Shown here one piece after another: positions 49,901 to 62,000 of a DNA stretch of 64,000 nt. This DNA is from Ginglymostoma cirratum (Eukaryota), in NCBI GenBank assembly GCA_024137785.1, contig JAHRHZ010000023.1, positions 42,590,260-42,654,259 of the forward strand. Reading direction: 5' to 3'. The position numbers were made by a program, and so were the translations under genes. How positions within the stretch are numbered: position 1 is the first letter of the stretch; each line of letters opens with the position of its first letter. The notes under the pieces were generated by a model that had not been told where the DNA came from, did not search any database, and saw nothing but the letters and a program-made list of their open reading frames with translations.

Positions 49901-51482
49901 TCTGCAGGGGTAATGTAATGTAAATGTCCTGGGGGTAACTTATCAATGAAAATTTCAGATTGAAATGCATCCTCAATATGGAGACTTTATTTGTTCATGG
50001 GCTTTGGGTGCCTCCGGCTACACCAACATTTACTGCCCATTCTTAATTGCCCTTGAGAGGATGGTGATGAGCTGCCTTCTTGAACCACGACAGGTCTTGG
50101 GATAAGTATATCCATATTGCTGTAAGGAAAGGAATGTTAGGACATGTGGCCAAGAACTTAATGAGGTAGGCTCTCTCAGAGGGTTTTGAGGATGAGAGAA
50201 GGTGAGAGAGTAGAGATTGAGAAATGCTATCCAGACCTTAGAGCCCAACTACAGTGGAATGATTAAGATCGAGTTTACGTGTGGCCGGAGCTGGAGGAGT
50301 GTAGAGGGCTCTGAGAAAGTTCTGGGTTGGAAGAGATTACAGATTGACTCTAGATGTGAGCTTTCTGTGAAGCAATTTTCCAACTTCAGCACCACCTTCT
50401 TGGTTTTATAAGTCACTCTTCCCTTATATTTTATATACATTCATCACTGGTTTTAACAATTTATTCAACAAATCTCCCCGGTAGGTTTTTATTATCTTGG
50501 CCAAAGCATATTGTTGATTCATTTGTATTTCCTGTACCTGCTTTTCAACCCAATCACTTAATTTTGCATGTACATAACATCATCATCAACCTGTGTTTGA
50601 CCTCACCTCTCCAGGTTCCTTTTGGATTATCACAAATTGATTATTAGTCAACCAGAAGAAAATCTGCTCTGGGGTTTCTACTTGCAAGAACTTTGTATGT
50701 CTTCATGCAAAAGCCATACATGTTTTTGTTCCCTCTTCACTGTCTTGTCTCTCCTTGAAGGTTTTGACTTGTAATGACATACAGTTCCAGCGTTCCTGTG
50801 GTACCTTTTCACCCTCATTTGCATTTTTGCAATCTAGTAAAGTAAGAGCTACTTTCAGATCAAGATGTGCAGCGGACTGTCCCTTCTCCACACCACCGAA
50901 AATGCCCAGCTTCTACCCCTGTGGCAGATCGAAGGGTAATCCTAGCATCTTTACTACCAGTCACATTGAGAATAGAAAATGCAATGCATGCTAATGATTG
51001 AGTTCATTCAGCATTTTACTGGTACACATGACAAGTTCCCCTGAAATGGGTTAAAAGGAACAGGGAGAATAGTAATTGTTTAGGAATTTCATAGAACCAT
51101 CTTTCCTACCTCCACAGCCAGGTTTCCACTTTATCACGGAATAACAACTTTTCTTGGCAGTTGAAGGTGCTGCTTTATATTTTTCAAAATGAAATGCAAA
51201 AGATAAGTGACTTGTTGTTGAACCACTGTAAATTACTATTTAACTTCAACAGCATCATTGCAGGAGGCAAGCCTTTTCTGTCCAACAGCCATCTTTCTAA
51301 CTTGTTGTTTTCTGTCATTCTCCAGTTTCCAGACTGACCGCCCTGCACTGAATGTGGCCATATTCCCACTTCTTCACGAAGGACTCGCTGACATCATCCG
51401 AGATGTTCCAATGATGCACTTGGATGAAATAACTCTGTTTAAAAGTCGTGTTGCAGAAGACCCTCAGCATCTCTGGTGGTGA
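16765..51482 (+). CDS. fbxl18: F-box/LRR-repeat protein 18, 723 aa; join(16765..16980,22443..24022,30220..30438,51326..51482)
   Basis: 216+1580+219+157=2172 nt, phases 0/2/2 consistent, all GT-AG. F-box FSDEILLTILRFVP, LRRs, FBXL18-like LKQTLFTPSYGVVPCC and C-terminal LFKSRVAEDP..LWW. Adjacent to actb. Confidence 0.93.
17440..17655 (-). mobile_element. tRNA-derived SINE
   Basis: Minus-strand head tcagttagg...ctggtttgtgatgcagag...ggactcaattcctg with tail ...ggactatggcgacttta, recalled as a common shark SINE. Confidence 0.55.
19670..20010 (+). mobile_element. CR1-type LINE 3' fragment
   Basis: 'ctgtttccagtg...accagaggccacagatttaaa' (LFP...TRGHRFK) plus 3'UTR. Confidence 0.65.
20640..21075 (+). 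mobile_element. CR1-type LINE 3' fragment
   Basis: FTRMIPG..LYYEEKLYKLGLFS; 3'UTR cagatcagccatgatc...gaggggctgaatggtctacttctgttccta is homologous to the tail of the LINE at 10927. Confidence 0.8.
22443..24022 (+). CDS. fbxl18: fbxl18 coding exon 2 (1580 nt, LRR region)
   Basis: Acceptor ttttgtttccag|, donor AG|gtgaga; open 526 codons. Confidence 0.95.
24255..24650 (+). mobile_element. Degraded tRNA-derived SINE (family also at 37470-37790 + and 47090-47340 -)
   Basis: ggtggtgtagtggttatg head; shared body gattcactg...accag..tg with the other copies. Confidence 0.55.
25200..25900 (-). mobile_element. Degraded LINE 3' fragment (family also at 46090-46960, 49985-50160, 59500-59990)
   Basis: Shared 'gcccttgagaagg...ttgaacc..tgcagtcc...cacccacagtgctgtta' block among the copies. 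Confidence 0.6.
26620..27380 (+). mobile_element. Degraded RTE-like LINE 3' fragment
   Basis: Eroded C-terminal RTE-like stretches (SVEELIVQNQL, IPKQL, SWE.SAC..KWR-like). Confidence 0.5.
27620..28320 (+). mobile_element. SacSINE1-like SINE split by a CR1 3' fragment (~27875-28170)
   Basis: SINE 5' half (tgagtcacaaggtt, gatgagatgttaaa, gggagttttccctggtgtcct) and 3' half (atattgct, cttcattggcagtaag) flank a CR1 tail (actagaggccat, cagagggtggtgaatgtgtgga, gggccaaatggcctgtttctgtg). Confidence 0.65.
30220..30438 (+). CDS. fbxl18: fbxl18 coding exon 3, (R)LEQPY...LIT(G)
   Basis: Acceptor ttccttctgcag|, donor GG|gtaagt; 219 nt. Confidence 0.95.
30581..30744. mobile_element. 164-bp MITE, Tc1/mariner-pogo (Tigger)-like
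   Basis: Imperfect 21-bp TIRs caggtatttctgctgtaacgc / gcattggaggagaaatgcctg (16/21); internal tataacgc repeats; flanked by TG on both sides. Confidence 0.55.
32980..33180. mobile_element. Older palindromic Penelope-derived element (degenerate hammerhead)
   Basis: actcagcaggtctggcagcatctgtagagagaaaaacagag ... tctgtttctgtcaccacagatgttgccggac arms. Confidence 0.7.
33650..33792 (+). mobile_element. SacSINE1-like SINE 5' half (continues at 36482-36640), host of the Penelope insertion
   Basis: gtggcttagcgggtag...ctgagtca head; after the TSD continues with tggcactacatagagaagagcaggagagtt. Confidence 0.65.
33854..33889 (-). ncRNA. Minimal type I hammerhead ribozyme motif in left pLTR
   Basis: Minus strand AUUU-CUGAUGA-A-GGGU-CUAG-GCCC-GAAAC-GUC-AAGU. 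Confidence 0.7.
36347..36382 (+). ncRNA. Minimal type I hammerhead ribozyme motif in right pLTR
   Basis: ACUU-CUGAUGA-A-GGGU-CCAG-GCCC-GAAAC-GUC-AAGU: stem I 4 bp, stem II 4 bp, palindromic ACGU helix III. Confidence 0.72.
36940..37440. repeat. G/T-rich low-complexity region
   Basis: Many GGG/GGT runs, strong strand skew. Confidence 0.5.
37468..37790 (+). mobile_element. tRNA-derived SINE with LINE-derived 3' tail
   Basis: gatggcctagtg head; body gaatttgaattcaataaaa...ggttcactgatgtcctttagggaaggaaat; tail cacatcccgtgaatgaataaaaa. Confidence 0.7.
38065..38190 (-). mobile_element. Penelope-derived non-autonomous element, divergent subfamily
   Basis: actgcagatgctgga...aatgctggagatcacag...aggcagcatc arm. 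Confidence 0.55.
38283..38575 (-). mobile_element. HE1-like V-SINE
   Basis: Minus strand gggcggcacggtggctcagtggttagcactgctgcctcacagc (A box), ggttcaattcc (B box), V-domain ctccagtttcctcccacagtccaaagatgtgcagg, CR1-like tail ttgggccgaagggcctg. Confidence 0.88.
40570..40925 (-). mobile_element. SacSINE1-like SINE
   Basis: gctttacagccaattaag, gcagccaattt, tagtgccacgggatc, gagtgccaccactgagctacagctg. Confidence 0.7.
46090..46960 (-). mobile_element. Degraded LINE with RT remnant, interrupted by a short CR1-tail piece (~46495-46570)
   Basis: Minus ORF EIFADDHT...MQQDLENIQAWADEWQV (FADD motif). Confidence 0.7.
47090..47345 (-). mobile_element. tRNA-derived SINE (same family as 37468)
   Basis: gatttccttccccaaaggacattagtgaac is the reverse complement of the 37625-37655 block. 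Confidence 0.7.
48045..48180 (+). mobile_element. Degenerate Penelope-derived element
   Basis: ttctgataaaaagtcatcagcctgaaatattaactttgtttctctccacag...tgctgagtttttccagcattt. Confidence 0.6.
51326..51482 (+). CDS. fbxl18: fbxl18 last coding exon, FQTDRP...QHLWW*
   Basis: Acceptor tcattctccag|; TGA 51480-51482; phase matches exon 3. Confidence 0.93.
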
Positions 51483-51582
51483 TATTCCGACCAAGAAGAA
51501 AAAGAAAGTTAATAGTGTGGTGATCCCTATGCGTGACTGTTTCCTTCAAGTTCCCCTGCTTGTCAATGACATTGTTGTTTAA

Positions 51583-51588
51583 AATAAA
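51583..51588 (+). terminator. fbxl18: First candidate fbxl18 polyA signal (others downstream, e.g. ~53276, ~53675)
   Basis: AATAAA 100 nt after the stop; usage cannot be established from sequence. Confidence 0.3.
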
Positions 51589-53949
51589 ACGTACTCGTTT
51601 ACTATCTTGTGGAAACCAGAAAAAGGTTGAAGCTTGAGAATTACAGAAGTTTTTTTGCTGCCTTGTTTTGTAGGTAAACGCCATTGAATCTGGGTCATCA
51701 CCAGTTGTGGTGGATTTTATGTGTGGCAAGTTTTATGTTGTGCCTGCTGTAGTCTTTACAATAACTGGAAATAACATGAGAAGCAAACGACAAGTAACAA
51801 CCTATCAACTCTCATCCCACTAATATCATAATTCTACCGCAATAGCATTCATTGTGTTTCAAGCATTACTAATGTTCGCCTCTACTTGCTGCTTACTTTC
51901 CTTTTCATGAGATTAAATCCCCGGATTTGACTTTTCTTACTTCACTTTTACAAAACTTTGAGTGTAACCAGGTTTAGATTAGCTTTCTTTTTGTTTGTTA
52001 CCCAGTTGCCAGATTAATTGCTGCTTTTCTTGACCGTTCTTGATCATCAGTAACTTTCCTTGAGTTCTTTCACGTTACAGTTGGGATCAGTCTTATTCTT
52101 CTCTGGACTCTCTTTGGTGTTTGTATATGTTCTTTGTGATGTAGTGACCAGCATTAAATACATTTCTTAAAGTGTGAGCTGACCAATGTGCTGTAACATT
52201 TTTGTGTAATCTTTGGCTCTTGTTCCTGATCTTCTGGCTAAGTATTTCACCAGTCTTTTTACCTTCTCATTAAGTTACTTTGTGGTATACTGCCGCCATC
52301 CCCAATTTGATTTTTAGATCTCTGATTTCTAATTCATTGTGTATATATGCATATGACTGAACATAGAATTTACAGTACAGCAACAGGCATTTGGCCCAGA
52401 TACTGTGTGCCAGAATTTATGCTCAGTATGAGATGCCTTCTCCCACCCTGATTTATCTAATCCTAAGAACATTGCCTTCATTTCCTTTGTCCATTATGTA
52501 CTATCTAACTGCTACATAAATGCAGCTATGACTATTATCTAACCTCCCTGTATATGTACAATCCTATTATCTACATTAAATGCATTTACTGTTTGAATAG
52601 CCAGAGAGACACAGGTAATTTTAAATCTGTTGTAACATTTTACACTTGGTCAATATTGCTGATTGGCATTTCTTGGCCACTGTCAATCCTATCATGTGGA
52701 AGCACGTATCATATGCATTCCCTCTTTGTATTGTCTGCCCCAAGCGTCCAGCCAAAGCTGGAATTCTGCCTTTACTCAGTTAAAGTGAGATTGTGTATCA
52801 CTGTCTTCTCAATTTGAGCAGAACAGAAGTGCAACACACAGACAAATGATAAATTGCTTTCATGACTCCTGTGGTGACTGAATTTGAAGACCCTTTATCA
52901 TTCAACTTGTTCTCAGGCTCCATCTCTTCTCCAAACTCCGTTTGCTGCTCTCATCTGGGACCTTGCATGTGCTGCTGCACTTGGCTTCCTTTCCATACAT
53001 TTGGAGTAGGTTGGATATGGGATCCCAAATCTGGCTCTAGTACCCTATTGTTATTCAAAAGAATCAAATACCTTCCGAGATTCAAAGTAGAAAATGATTT
53101 TGAACTAGGAATTTTGAGCTGTTGCAGTACTGCTAAGTTCCTGTTGGTAGCACTGCTGAGCTATCAAAGATCTGTTTGTGGCAGCACCACCTTGATTGTA
53201 AGTGTAGGGATTGCAAAACATTTGTGTTCTATTTGCTATTTCATGGATTAAGACTATCACTTTTATGACGTATTGAATAAAATGTTTTACAACCAGGATC
53301 CTCACTTGGGTAATGACAAGTCTGTGTCAGTGCTAGCACTTCAAGTGATTTGCTGTGACCACAAGTCTGCCCTTATCATCCTTTTCTTCCTATGCCCCAA
53401 TCTTGATGGGTTGGTGATCAAATTTTGGTGACGTGTCAAAGCATGATGGAGCTGCCTTGCTGCTGCAGCTTTCTTCCGCCTTTGCAGCTGATGAGATGTT
53501 GAAGACTTTTAGACCATGTTTTTTCTGGCATCTCCCCCTGCCCTGGTTGCCTTGTGCAGCTCTGCTGAGGAATAAAGAACTCCCAACAGGATCTCTGGGA
53601 CCTCACAGTGCAAAAACTTTTCCACCACATCAAGGTGGCAGTCTACAGAGAAGATGACATTCTGAGGTATGCACAATAAATAAAGTCATCTTCAGGGTTC
53701 TAAGAGGGATTATTAGCCAAATCCTGTCATGACAGAGGGATTAGATCTATAAGCAGTCTTTAGTCAAGACTCTGTGTACAAGTGACACATGCTTGTGATT
53801 TTGTTGGACACTTGTATTCGGTTGGAGGTGCCTTTGGGGAGCAGCATCTGTGACTGAATTGCCCTCTTCCGAATCCCTCTTATCCCAAATGGGGAGAAGT
53901 TAGAAGAGATGCCTAAAAATAAGCTGTGCCACTTTCTCCTCCCTCCCTG

Positions 53950-54480
53950 CTTACAGCCTGCAAGGTCACCATTCTTTGAGGTCAAAGAAAGAAGACATCA
54001 GATCTTGCAGCTTGAAAAGCTGGAACACCCAAGAGTAATTACAAGAAAGAAGGATTGTAATCATATCCTGTGATTATCAAGACTTCAAATTGGCATCATC
54101 GCCATTAGTGCAGTTTGCCTTCCTGAAGGAGGTCTAGTTGAAGAAGCAAGCAGAGTGACCTTCTACTGGAAAGGAAAGACAGTTAGTGACCCTCTTATTC
54201 ACAGAATCAGTTTTGCTATTGGGATTGAACCTTGGATGCACTGCCAGAACTCCCCAGTTGTATAAAGGAAGAACTTAAGACACTTCACTAGATCACTGTC
54301 AGAACCAGTATACCCCTGTACTTACGTCCCAACCCTTAACTCTGATGAAGATATTAAAGGAAATTTCTACCTTGATCTTGATGAAGTCCTCATCACCATC
54401 CCAAAAGAAGAAAAGGCCATTCTGTTGGAGGCGTTTAATGCCTGGATTGACAATGGGTATCAATATCTGGATCAGATGTG
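53950..54480 (+). mobile_element. Degraded RTE-like LINE endonuclease region
   Basis: Eroded IIAIS..LPEGG..EE...TFYWKGK......HRISFAI, resembling the RTE APE domain. Confidence 0.5.
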
Positions 54481-56399
54481 ACTGTGACCTCTTTATCACT
54501 ACTACACAGTGCTTGTGTGCTATAAAAGAATTGTCAATAATTGCTGATAGCTTGAACTGTTAGCATTTTAGTTTGTACCCTTGCATCATTTAAACAGTTC
54601 TGGGTTTTCACACTCAAGGTTATCTGTCAGGCCTAGCCTCGAGTCTCAAAAGATTTGGCCAGGTAGATGAAGCTGTACTTAGAGCCTTTTAATAATGATG
54701 GGACCTTGTTTAAATTGACAGTAAGTCACATCCAGTATAATGGTTCTAGAACATTCCATATTGATGTCTTTATAGGATATGGTAGAATGGTACTTTATAC
54801 AATAAGCCTAGAAGGTCACAGCTCGAGAGTTTAAATCCCATCATTGTCACCTGTAAAATTGAATTTAGTAAACATGGTAATCTGTAGTCTACAGGGTTTA
54901 TGGTAAAATCACAATTGGCTGACTTGGTCTTCCAGCTCAGCACAGCCTGACCATCAGCTTCTGCATAAAGTAGCCCATTAAGTCAATGAGTTTTCATTAG
55001 ATGAAACTTTAACTCTGTTTTCCCCTCTATCAATCCAATCTGTGGAGTGTTTTCAAACATTTTCTCTTTTTGCGATGGTAGTGTTGCCCACGTTATAAGA
55101 ACAACAACGAATATGCTGATGGATCTGATTTCTTACTTTTAAACAATGAAACCACATGAGGCTGTAATCCACTGGAACCAACCCAGACCTCAATAAGCTA
55201 TTAACTATATGAGCCAGTGATTCACATATGACCTCCCCAGTTCCATTCTGGAATTAGTGGAATCGGGTTGAACTGCACAATCAGCTTTAAGTGCCTTAAT
55301 CCTAGCTAAGACCATCTGCAATTACGTCTCCTAAACCAATTGAAGCTGCATCAGTTCTAGTGATCACCTTCAAAAGTGAAAGCCAAGACTAAGTGTCTAT
55401 TAAGTTCCCACTTGCCCTGATTGATCTCTGTGTGGTATTTAATGGTACTCCGACTACTAGCACAAATGGGAAAAAAAAACTATTATTGCTTTATGTACCA
55501 TTTTCTTTCAGTGCTGCAGTTATTCTAGTCTAGCAGCATAACTCAATGTACCTTAACCCTGTTGAAAATAAACAGTAATATTTAGCTATCAGTAACGTAG
55601 ATTTGCTGAATCAAGTAAAATGCAATGATCTACTGATCACTCTCAGCAGAGATTCCACATGGAGGTTAGTTGCTTAGTTAAATCCTTTTTGAGAATGCTA
55701 GACTGCTGTTCCTAATTTGGTTACTATAATTGGAAATAGAGTTCGAAGCCTCTGTTTTAGTAAGTTCAATCCCAGATGGCCATCTTTAACTGTTTACCTA
55801 GAGATGATCTATTGCAGCATCAAAACTCTAAAGGTGTTTCAGCTGGGTTAGATTAACTGTTTGTGCATTAATACCATACATGAGCAAGCCTGAGTGCATA
55901 TCTTGCCATACTTACATTTTTGCCTTGCTTTGGCAGGCTTGAAAGCCATTACTCTTTGTTTTTCTTCTAAAGAAATCTTAACCCAAATTATAGAGTGAAT
56001 CTACTTGAGAATGTACAGTACCAGAAAAAGACTCTTTGGTCCATCTGACAGGCCCCACTGTTAGAATAAAGACTCTGTGATTCACTACACATTACCCTCA
56101 TTTCAGTTTCTCACCCAACCCCCATTAAAATTGCTGATGCTGTCAGCCTCTGCTACTTCTCTAGACACTTCAAACATTCACCACCCTCTCTGTGATCCTC
56201 CCTCTGCTGAACTGCATTTCATGTCCTCCACAGTGCTGTTCCCAGGGCCGTGGTAAGGAGTTTCTTAGGGTTCAACTTAAGATGTCAAATGCTTCAATAA
56301 AATCCTTCTCAGACTTCCCTATTATTTATAAACTGAGCTTCTCCAGTCTCTCCTTTTACCTCAGATGTTTTATTTCTCTATTATTTGGCATGAAAATCA

Positions 56400-56735
56400 T
56401 GATGGCTTTTAATAAAGTATGGAGAAGGTGTTTCCATTGTCACCAGTGTCAATAATAGGAGGCATGGATTTAAGCTGCTTGGCACAAGGAGCAGAGTGTG
56501 ATGAGGAAAGTATTTTTTTTTAAGCAATGGGCTGTTATCAGTTAGAATTCACTGTCTGAAAGGGCAGTACAAACAGACTCAATAGTGACCTTTAAAGAGA
56601 ATTGAATAAATACTTGAAATGCAAAAAAAAAACAGGGCTATTAGAAAAATGGAAGGAGTGGGATCAATCGGAAACCCCTTACAAGGAGGTAGGATAGATG
56701 TGCTTCCTTCCATGTTGCATAAATTTATGATTTTA
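56400..56735 (+). mobile_element. CR1-type LINE 3' fragment
   Basis: tgtttccatt...aataggaggcatggatttaag...gaattcactgtctgaaaggg plus 3'UTR. Confidence 0.65.
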
Positions 56736-57484
56736 CTTTGACTTTATGATTCACATTTTCCAACACTGAGTCCTTCCTTGTACAAGAACCAGAACACCAC
56801 ATGCAATTCTGGGTGGGGCGAACTGCCCTGAATCACATCCTATGCTTGCTTGATTCATTTCATAACACTCAAGTATCCTATTTCCTTCATCCGTTGCTGC
56901 TGGATGTCTTTTTAAGGATCTATCCGCCATCACCCTCTTGATCATGTACAGTGTTATAGAATTAGAAGATGTAGGGTGGAATTTGGAGTAGTAAATGTTT
57001 ATTTGGAGCACTAACATCAGCATAGGCCATGCTGGGGCTAAATAACCTTTCTCTGTGCTTCCAGATTTTATGTAACCTTCACCTCCTCACCAATACCTCA
57101 AAAACTCTCTTATTATCCCTTATCTTAATTCCTGTCTCAATCCATAGAGGTTTTATTTCCTGCAATTTAACATTATTTACAATAAATGCACCTGGCTGTC
57201 CTGACCTCAGCTGTGAAGTCTTGTACATCAGTTTCTATCCTTCATGATGTGCTGCTACTTTTATTCTTAGTTAAATGTTGACGTACAGCGATTTAATATT
57301 GCAATCATTGTATTGTCCACAACATAACATTTAACATCATGCTTTTCATGCACTTTGTTTATGGTTTTATGCATATTATTTTTAAAACCCTTGCCTTGAT
57401 TCTTGTACAATCCCACCTCAGCTAGTTACTAAATTCCATTATTTTAGTGTGCTTAATGAATGATTCAAACCTGTGTCATTGTTA

Positions 57485-57629
57485 GACGAGCAGGAAACTT
57501 GACATTTCGGGTTGAGACCCTTCTGAAACGTCAGCTTTCCTGGTCCTGTGATGCTGCCTGGCCTGCTGTGTTCTTCCAGCTCTACACCTTGTTATCTCAG
57601 ACTCCAGCATCGGCAGTTCTTACTATCTC
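57485..57629 (+). mobile_element. Short palindromic Penelope-derived element; degenerate ~13-bp TSD
   Basis: caggaaacttgacatttc / gaaacgtcagctttcctg arms, tail gactccagcatcggcagttcttactatctc; flanks tgtgtcattgtta / tatgtcattttta. Confidence 0.75.
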
Positions 57630-58689
57630 TATGTCATTTTTACTTCATTAATTAAATGTTCTGCCTTACCATATGAGTTTAAGTTTGCTGGTACCCATAC
57701 TTTTTAGTCTCTTAGCTAGTATGTTGGTGCTTCTAGGTTTCAACTGAAAACCATCCCTTCTGTGCAATCTATTACAATCCTTGAGTGCATTTCAGTATCT
57801 AACTTATACAAAACTCTAAATGCTTCCCTGTTTTAACATGTCTCTTATTCTGATCTATAGTGCCCAACATGGCATTGGAAGTAACGCAGCGATGACACAT
57901 CAAGCTCCTCTTCCTCACTATAACACCAAGCCTTGCAAAAATCCGGTTGCAGGATTCACTTCCTATTGCTGCTCCTGTTGTTGGCCGTCACATCAATCAT
58001 TGCCACTGGCTGCTTCCCATTTGCCTAGCCGTTGAATAGCAGCTTTCCCATATTCCTGTCCTTTTCCCTAAAGTCACTCCTATTCTTCTGCTGTTTTCTG
58101 ACTATCTTGTGAAGGCTGCGATCCAGAACTCACCATCCTTTTGGATATTAATAGCTGCAGGGATTTTTAACATAGATCCCCAGAATATTTTATCAATCTC
58201 CAGGGTGACCCACATCCAAAATCTTGTATGTAACCTGAGAGGTCCCTTACTATCTATTTCTAGATGTATCAATTATGAGAAGAAAATGTTTATTCTTTGA
58301 CAATCTCTCAGCACACAATCTAGACTAGTTTGATTAGGTACATTAGCAGAAAGTTTGTGCACATTCCTGCGATGGATCTGTAATGCTCCACATGTTCTTG
58401 AGGTTCTCTTAATCCAGCTGTTCAAACCTGCTATGGTTCATATTTATACAACTTCAACCCTGACCTCTCTTTGGATAGTGCTTTCTTGAACTCTGGCAAT
58501 AAACTCTGCCAGGATAAAATTCCTTGCTCACTTTTCTTTTGCAAATCACAGGCATTAGTGAGAGATTTTATTTCATAATTGATGCCAGCCCTGATCCTGT
58601 AACATCAGTCTAAATATATATTTTCTGGATTGAGTAAGACATTCTCACTTAAATCTCACGCCTTTTTTTTCTCAAAATAAAAAGCAAGT

Positions 58690-59030
58690 TCATTTTCTCA
58701 AGATTATGAGGGCTTTTGATTAAATAAATGTAGGCAAACCGTTTCCACAGGGAGGAGGATCAGTGAGCAGAGGGCACAGGTTTAAAATTATTAGCAAAAT
58801 ATCCAGGAGGAAGGGAGAGATGAGAATTTTGTTTCCCCTACAATAAATTGTTATGACTTGGAATGCACTGCCTGAAGTTATGGTGGAAGCAGATTCAAAA
58901 GCCATTTTCAAAAAGGAATTGGATAAATACTTGAAACCATAAAAAAAAAAGCTGTGGGGAAAGAGCGAAGGATGGGGACTAACTGGAAAGCTCGTTCCAA
59001 GAGTGGGGACTTGCATTTTTATTGAATCTT
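58690..59030 (+). mobile_element. CR1-type LINE 3' fragment
   Basis: caagattatgagggc...cagagggcacaggtttaaa...tggaatgcactgcctga (KIMR...RGHRFK...WNALP). Confidence 0.75.
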
Positions 59031-62000
59031 TGGAGCGAACAGCCAGGTGTTGTTGGAACTTTAGCAAAGAAGAAAAGAAGCAATATCTTCCTGTTCTGTT
59101 CACAGTGATTCCTATGCTAAATAACTGTTAGGGAACAATTTCATAGGTCAGCTATTCTGAACTTCATCATTGAAAAATGTTTGTTACAGTCAAGATCCAA
59201 TTCCAGTGCTCTGTGTGATCCCTTCCTCACTTGTTTGCAACATAAAGTATTTTAAATTGGCAAAACCTCAGCTTGGGAGAAGGTAGAATAATTGATGTTA
59301 AAGTATTTGCAATAAGGTTATTGGTACCCCTGCAGATTTTTCATAGCATTATTCTGTTTCTCTTGTCTCATTTTCTTTCAACACTTGTAAATTCTATAGT
59401 CCTTGACAAAAAAGTGCCATTTTAAGTAGGAGAAATTTTCAGTTGTTTATTGCCTTGTGGTAACAGACTTGACCTCAATATCTACCTTAAAGTGACTTTT
59501 CTTCATTCTTCAATGGGAATATGAACATTGTGGGAAACACAAGCATTTACTGCTCAGCCTCTGGGAGGTGCTGGTAAGGAGCTTTCTTGAACTATCTGGT
59601 GTAGGTGCAACTAGAATACTGTTAGGGAGGAAATTCAAGGATTACAACCCAGGCAGTGAAGGAATAGTTGGTGATTTTGTGCAAAGTCAGGATTTTATAT
59701 TGCTCTCTTTTGACCTTTTAGCATGTGGAGGTCATGGGCATAGAAGGTGCTGGTAAAGAAGCCTCAGTGAGTTGGTGTGCAGTTCATGTTATAGGTGGTA
59801 TGCGCTGCTGCCAACGCATGCTGCTTGTGGAGGGAGTGAATGTTCAACATGGTAGACGGGATGCCTCTCAAATGGACTACATTGTCCCAGGTGACGAGGA
59901 GCTTCCTGGGGATGCTTACAGCTGCACTCATCCAGACAAGTCAAGAATATTCCATCACATTCCTCCCTCATACCTTGTCGTTGGTGGGCAGGATATAAAT
60001 AAATTTTTACTGAGTTCCAGACAATCATCTAGATGCAACAAAAGTTATGCAGCTCAGCACTGACTGAAATATGATAAAGGCTTCCAGTTCAAAAAATGAA
60101 GTCATAGAATTTTTAAAAAATAAAATTCTCTTTCATTTTGATTTGCTTATGCCAATGGAATTCAACCTCAAAAATCTGAGGATTTTCGATGGGATGTTTT
60201 CATAAAAAACTTGGCTTGGAGGTCTATGTTCTCAAAGCAGGTACATGACCAAAAATGCCTGCAGGTTTCAGGTTTCTATTGATTTGCTTATTTCCATTTT
60301 ACCATCAGTCTAGATCCTTGTTAAGCAATAGTTGTTGTATAGATATTTGTGATGTTCATTTTCTCCAAAACGCAAGACTCATTTTCCAAAGCACTATTTT
60401 GACAGCTCAGTCACCACCTTGCGATTAATGCTTGCGTCATCAGTGTTGTAACTCCATGTAGATGTCATTTTTTTTGTTATGTAAGGGTTTATTCAAAATA
60501 AAAGATTTTAATCACGTCGTCAGTCTTTCCTTTTGGTTTTGTTACTGCCATCTTCCTTTTCATTCAGGCAAACACTTCTTTTTTACAGTCAACATCAATT
60601 TGGTCATATTTTATTCAGGAGGAAATGAACAAAATTATTTGGTGGCTAGATATGTATCTAGGGAATGGGAGGAAATTGTCAGCAACCACGTCATGTGGTA
60701 TTACCTCCTCCAATAAGCTACAACACAGTCGAAAACTGAACCCTTAAACTCTGATGCATTGAATTTATCAAAAGTGGAAGGAACGAGCAGAAGCTTGGCT
60801 CAAGAACTACCCTGTCCTACCCAACCCCTGTCCTCAGGGCAATTCTTGTCATCTCTGCTCAAAGACCTGTCGTTCCAGGATAGGCCCAGCTGAGCCGTCT
60901 GAAGATACATGGTTCATGAAATCTGGCAGATGTCTTTCCTGTTTTGAGGGACTGATGAAAATGACGATTGAGCTCTATATATATATGAAAGGTATTCTTG
61001 ATTCTGAAAGGCCTGAGCAGAATGTGTCCAGGCAAGATTTAAAACTGAATCTGTCTCTAATACAGAATTCTTAAATCTGCCAATTCTGAAGCTTAGTCAG
61101 CATTACATGAATAGCATAGATTGCACCGTTACAATAACTCGGAGATTATTTCTTTAGCTCACTGTTCGGTCTCCTCCAAGTCATCAAGTGAAGCACAGCG
61201 TGAGTTTGTGACCGAATTGCACTGTAGACCAAAAATTCTAACATCCTTTCATTGAAGAAAACAGAAGGAATTGATTAGTACTTTAATTTCTCAACTGAAA
61301 TGATTCAACCGTTGGTCCTTTGGTAATGAGAGCTCAATGATATAAAAGCATCCAGACAATGGAATCACAGTGATAGTTACTGTAAACTCAAAATGGGTCG
61401 GATTTGACTCAAACCACCCTATAAATTTTACAGTGTGCGTATAATATATATGGAGGCCTGGGAGTAATTACAAGGCAGTAATCTAATTGAGGGTTTGATG
61501 TGATGTTCATGAACTGTATGAGCTTTGCACTTGTGCTTAATGACATCAATTTAACCCCTCGATTAGATTACAGTCTTCTAATCATTCCCAGGTATCCATT
61601 ATTCTGAAATTATTTTTCCACAGAGTTAGGTTTCTGTTTGGATTGAGTGTTGGACACTGAAAGCAGCTGTTACTTACCAAGAACATATGCAGACTACAGA
61701 GGATGTATGCTGCCTTGACTGTAATTATAATTCTGTTTGATCCAAAAATACTATTTTTCTTGCCTTCAGTACATTATGTGCTTGTCCCACTACCGAAATG
61801 GCTTTGGTGTAGAGGTCGAGAATACCGAGTTCCTATTTCCTCACTCTTTACCAAAGCTGTTGACTTGTTATGCTTGACGCACTGACTCCTTACCCAGATA
61901 TGTAGGGCAATATGGAGATCTTGAATTCATCTCAGCCAGACAGTGATCAAATCTTGTGGGGTTGGCACCAATCTGAGGTAAAACAACTCTCCAACCAACT

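Noticed and set aside
30439-51325. Intronic miRNA or snoRNA in fbxl18
   Set aside because: No convincing non-repeat hairpin or C/D or H/ACA architecture recognised by eye; an Infernal/Rfam scan would be decisive.
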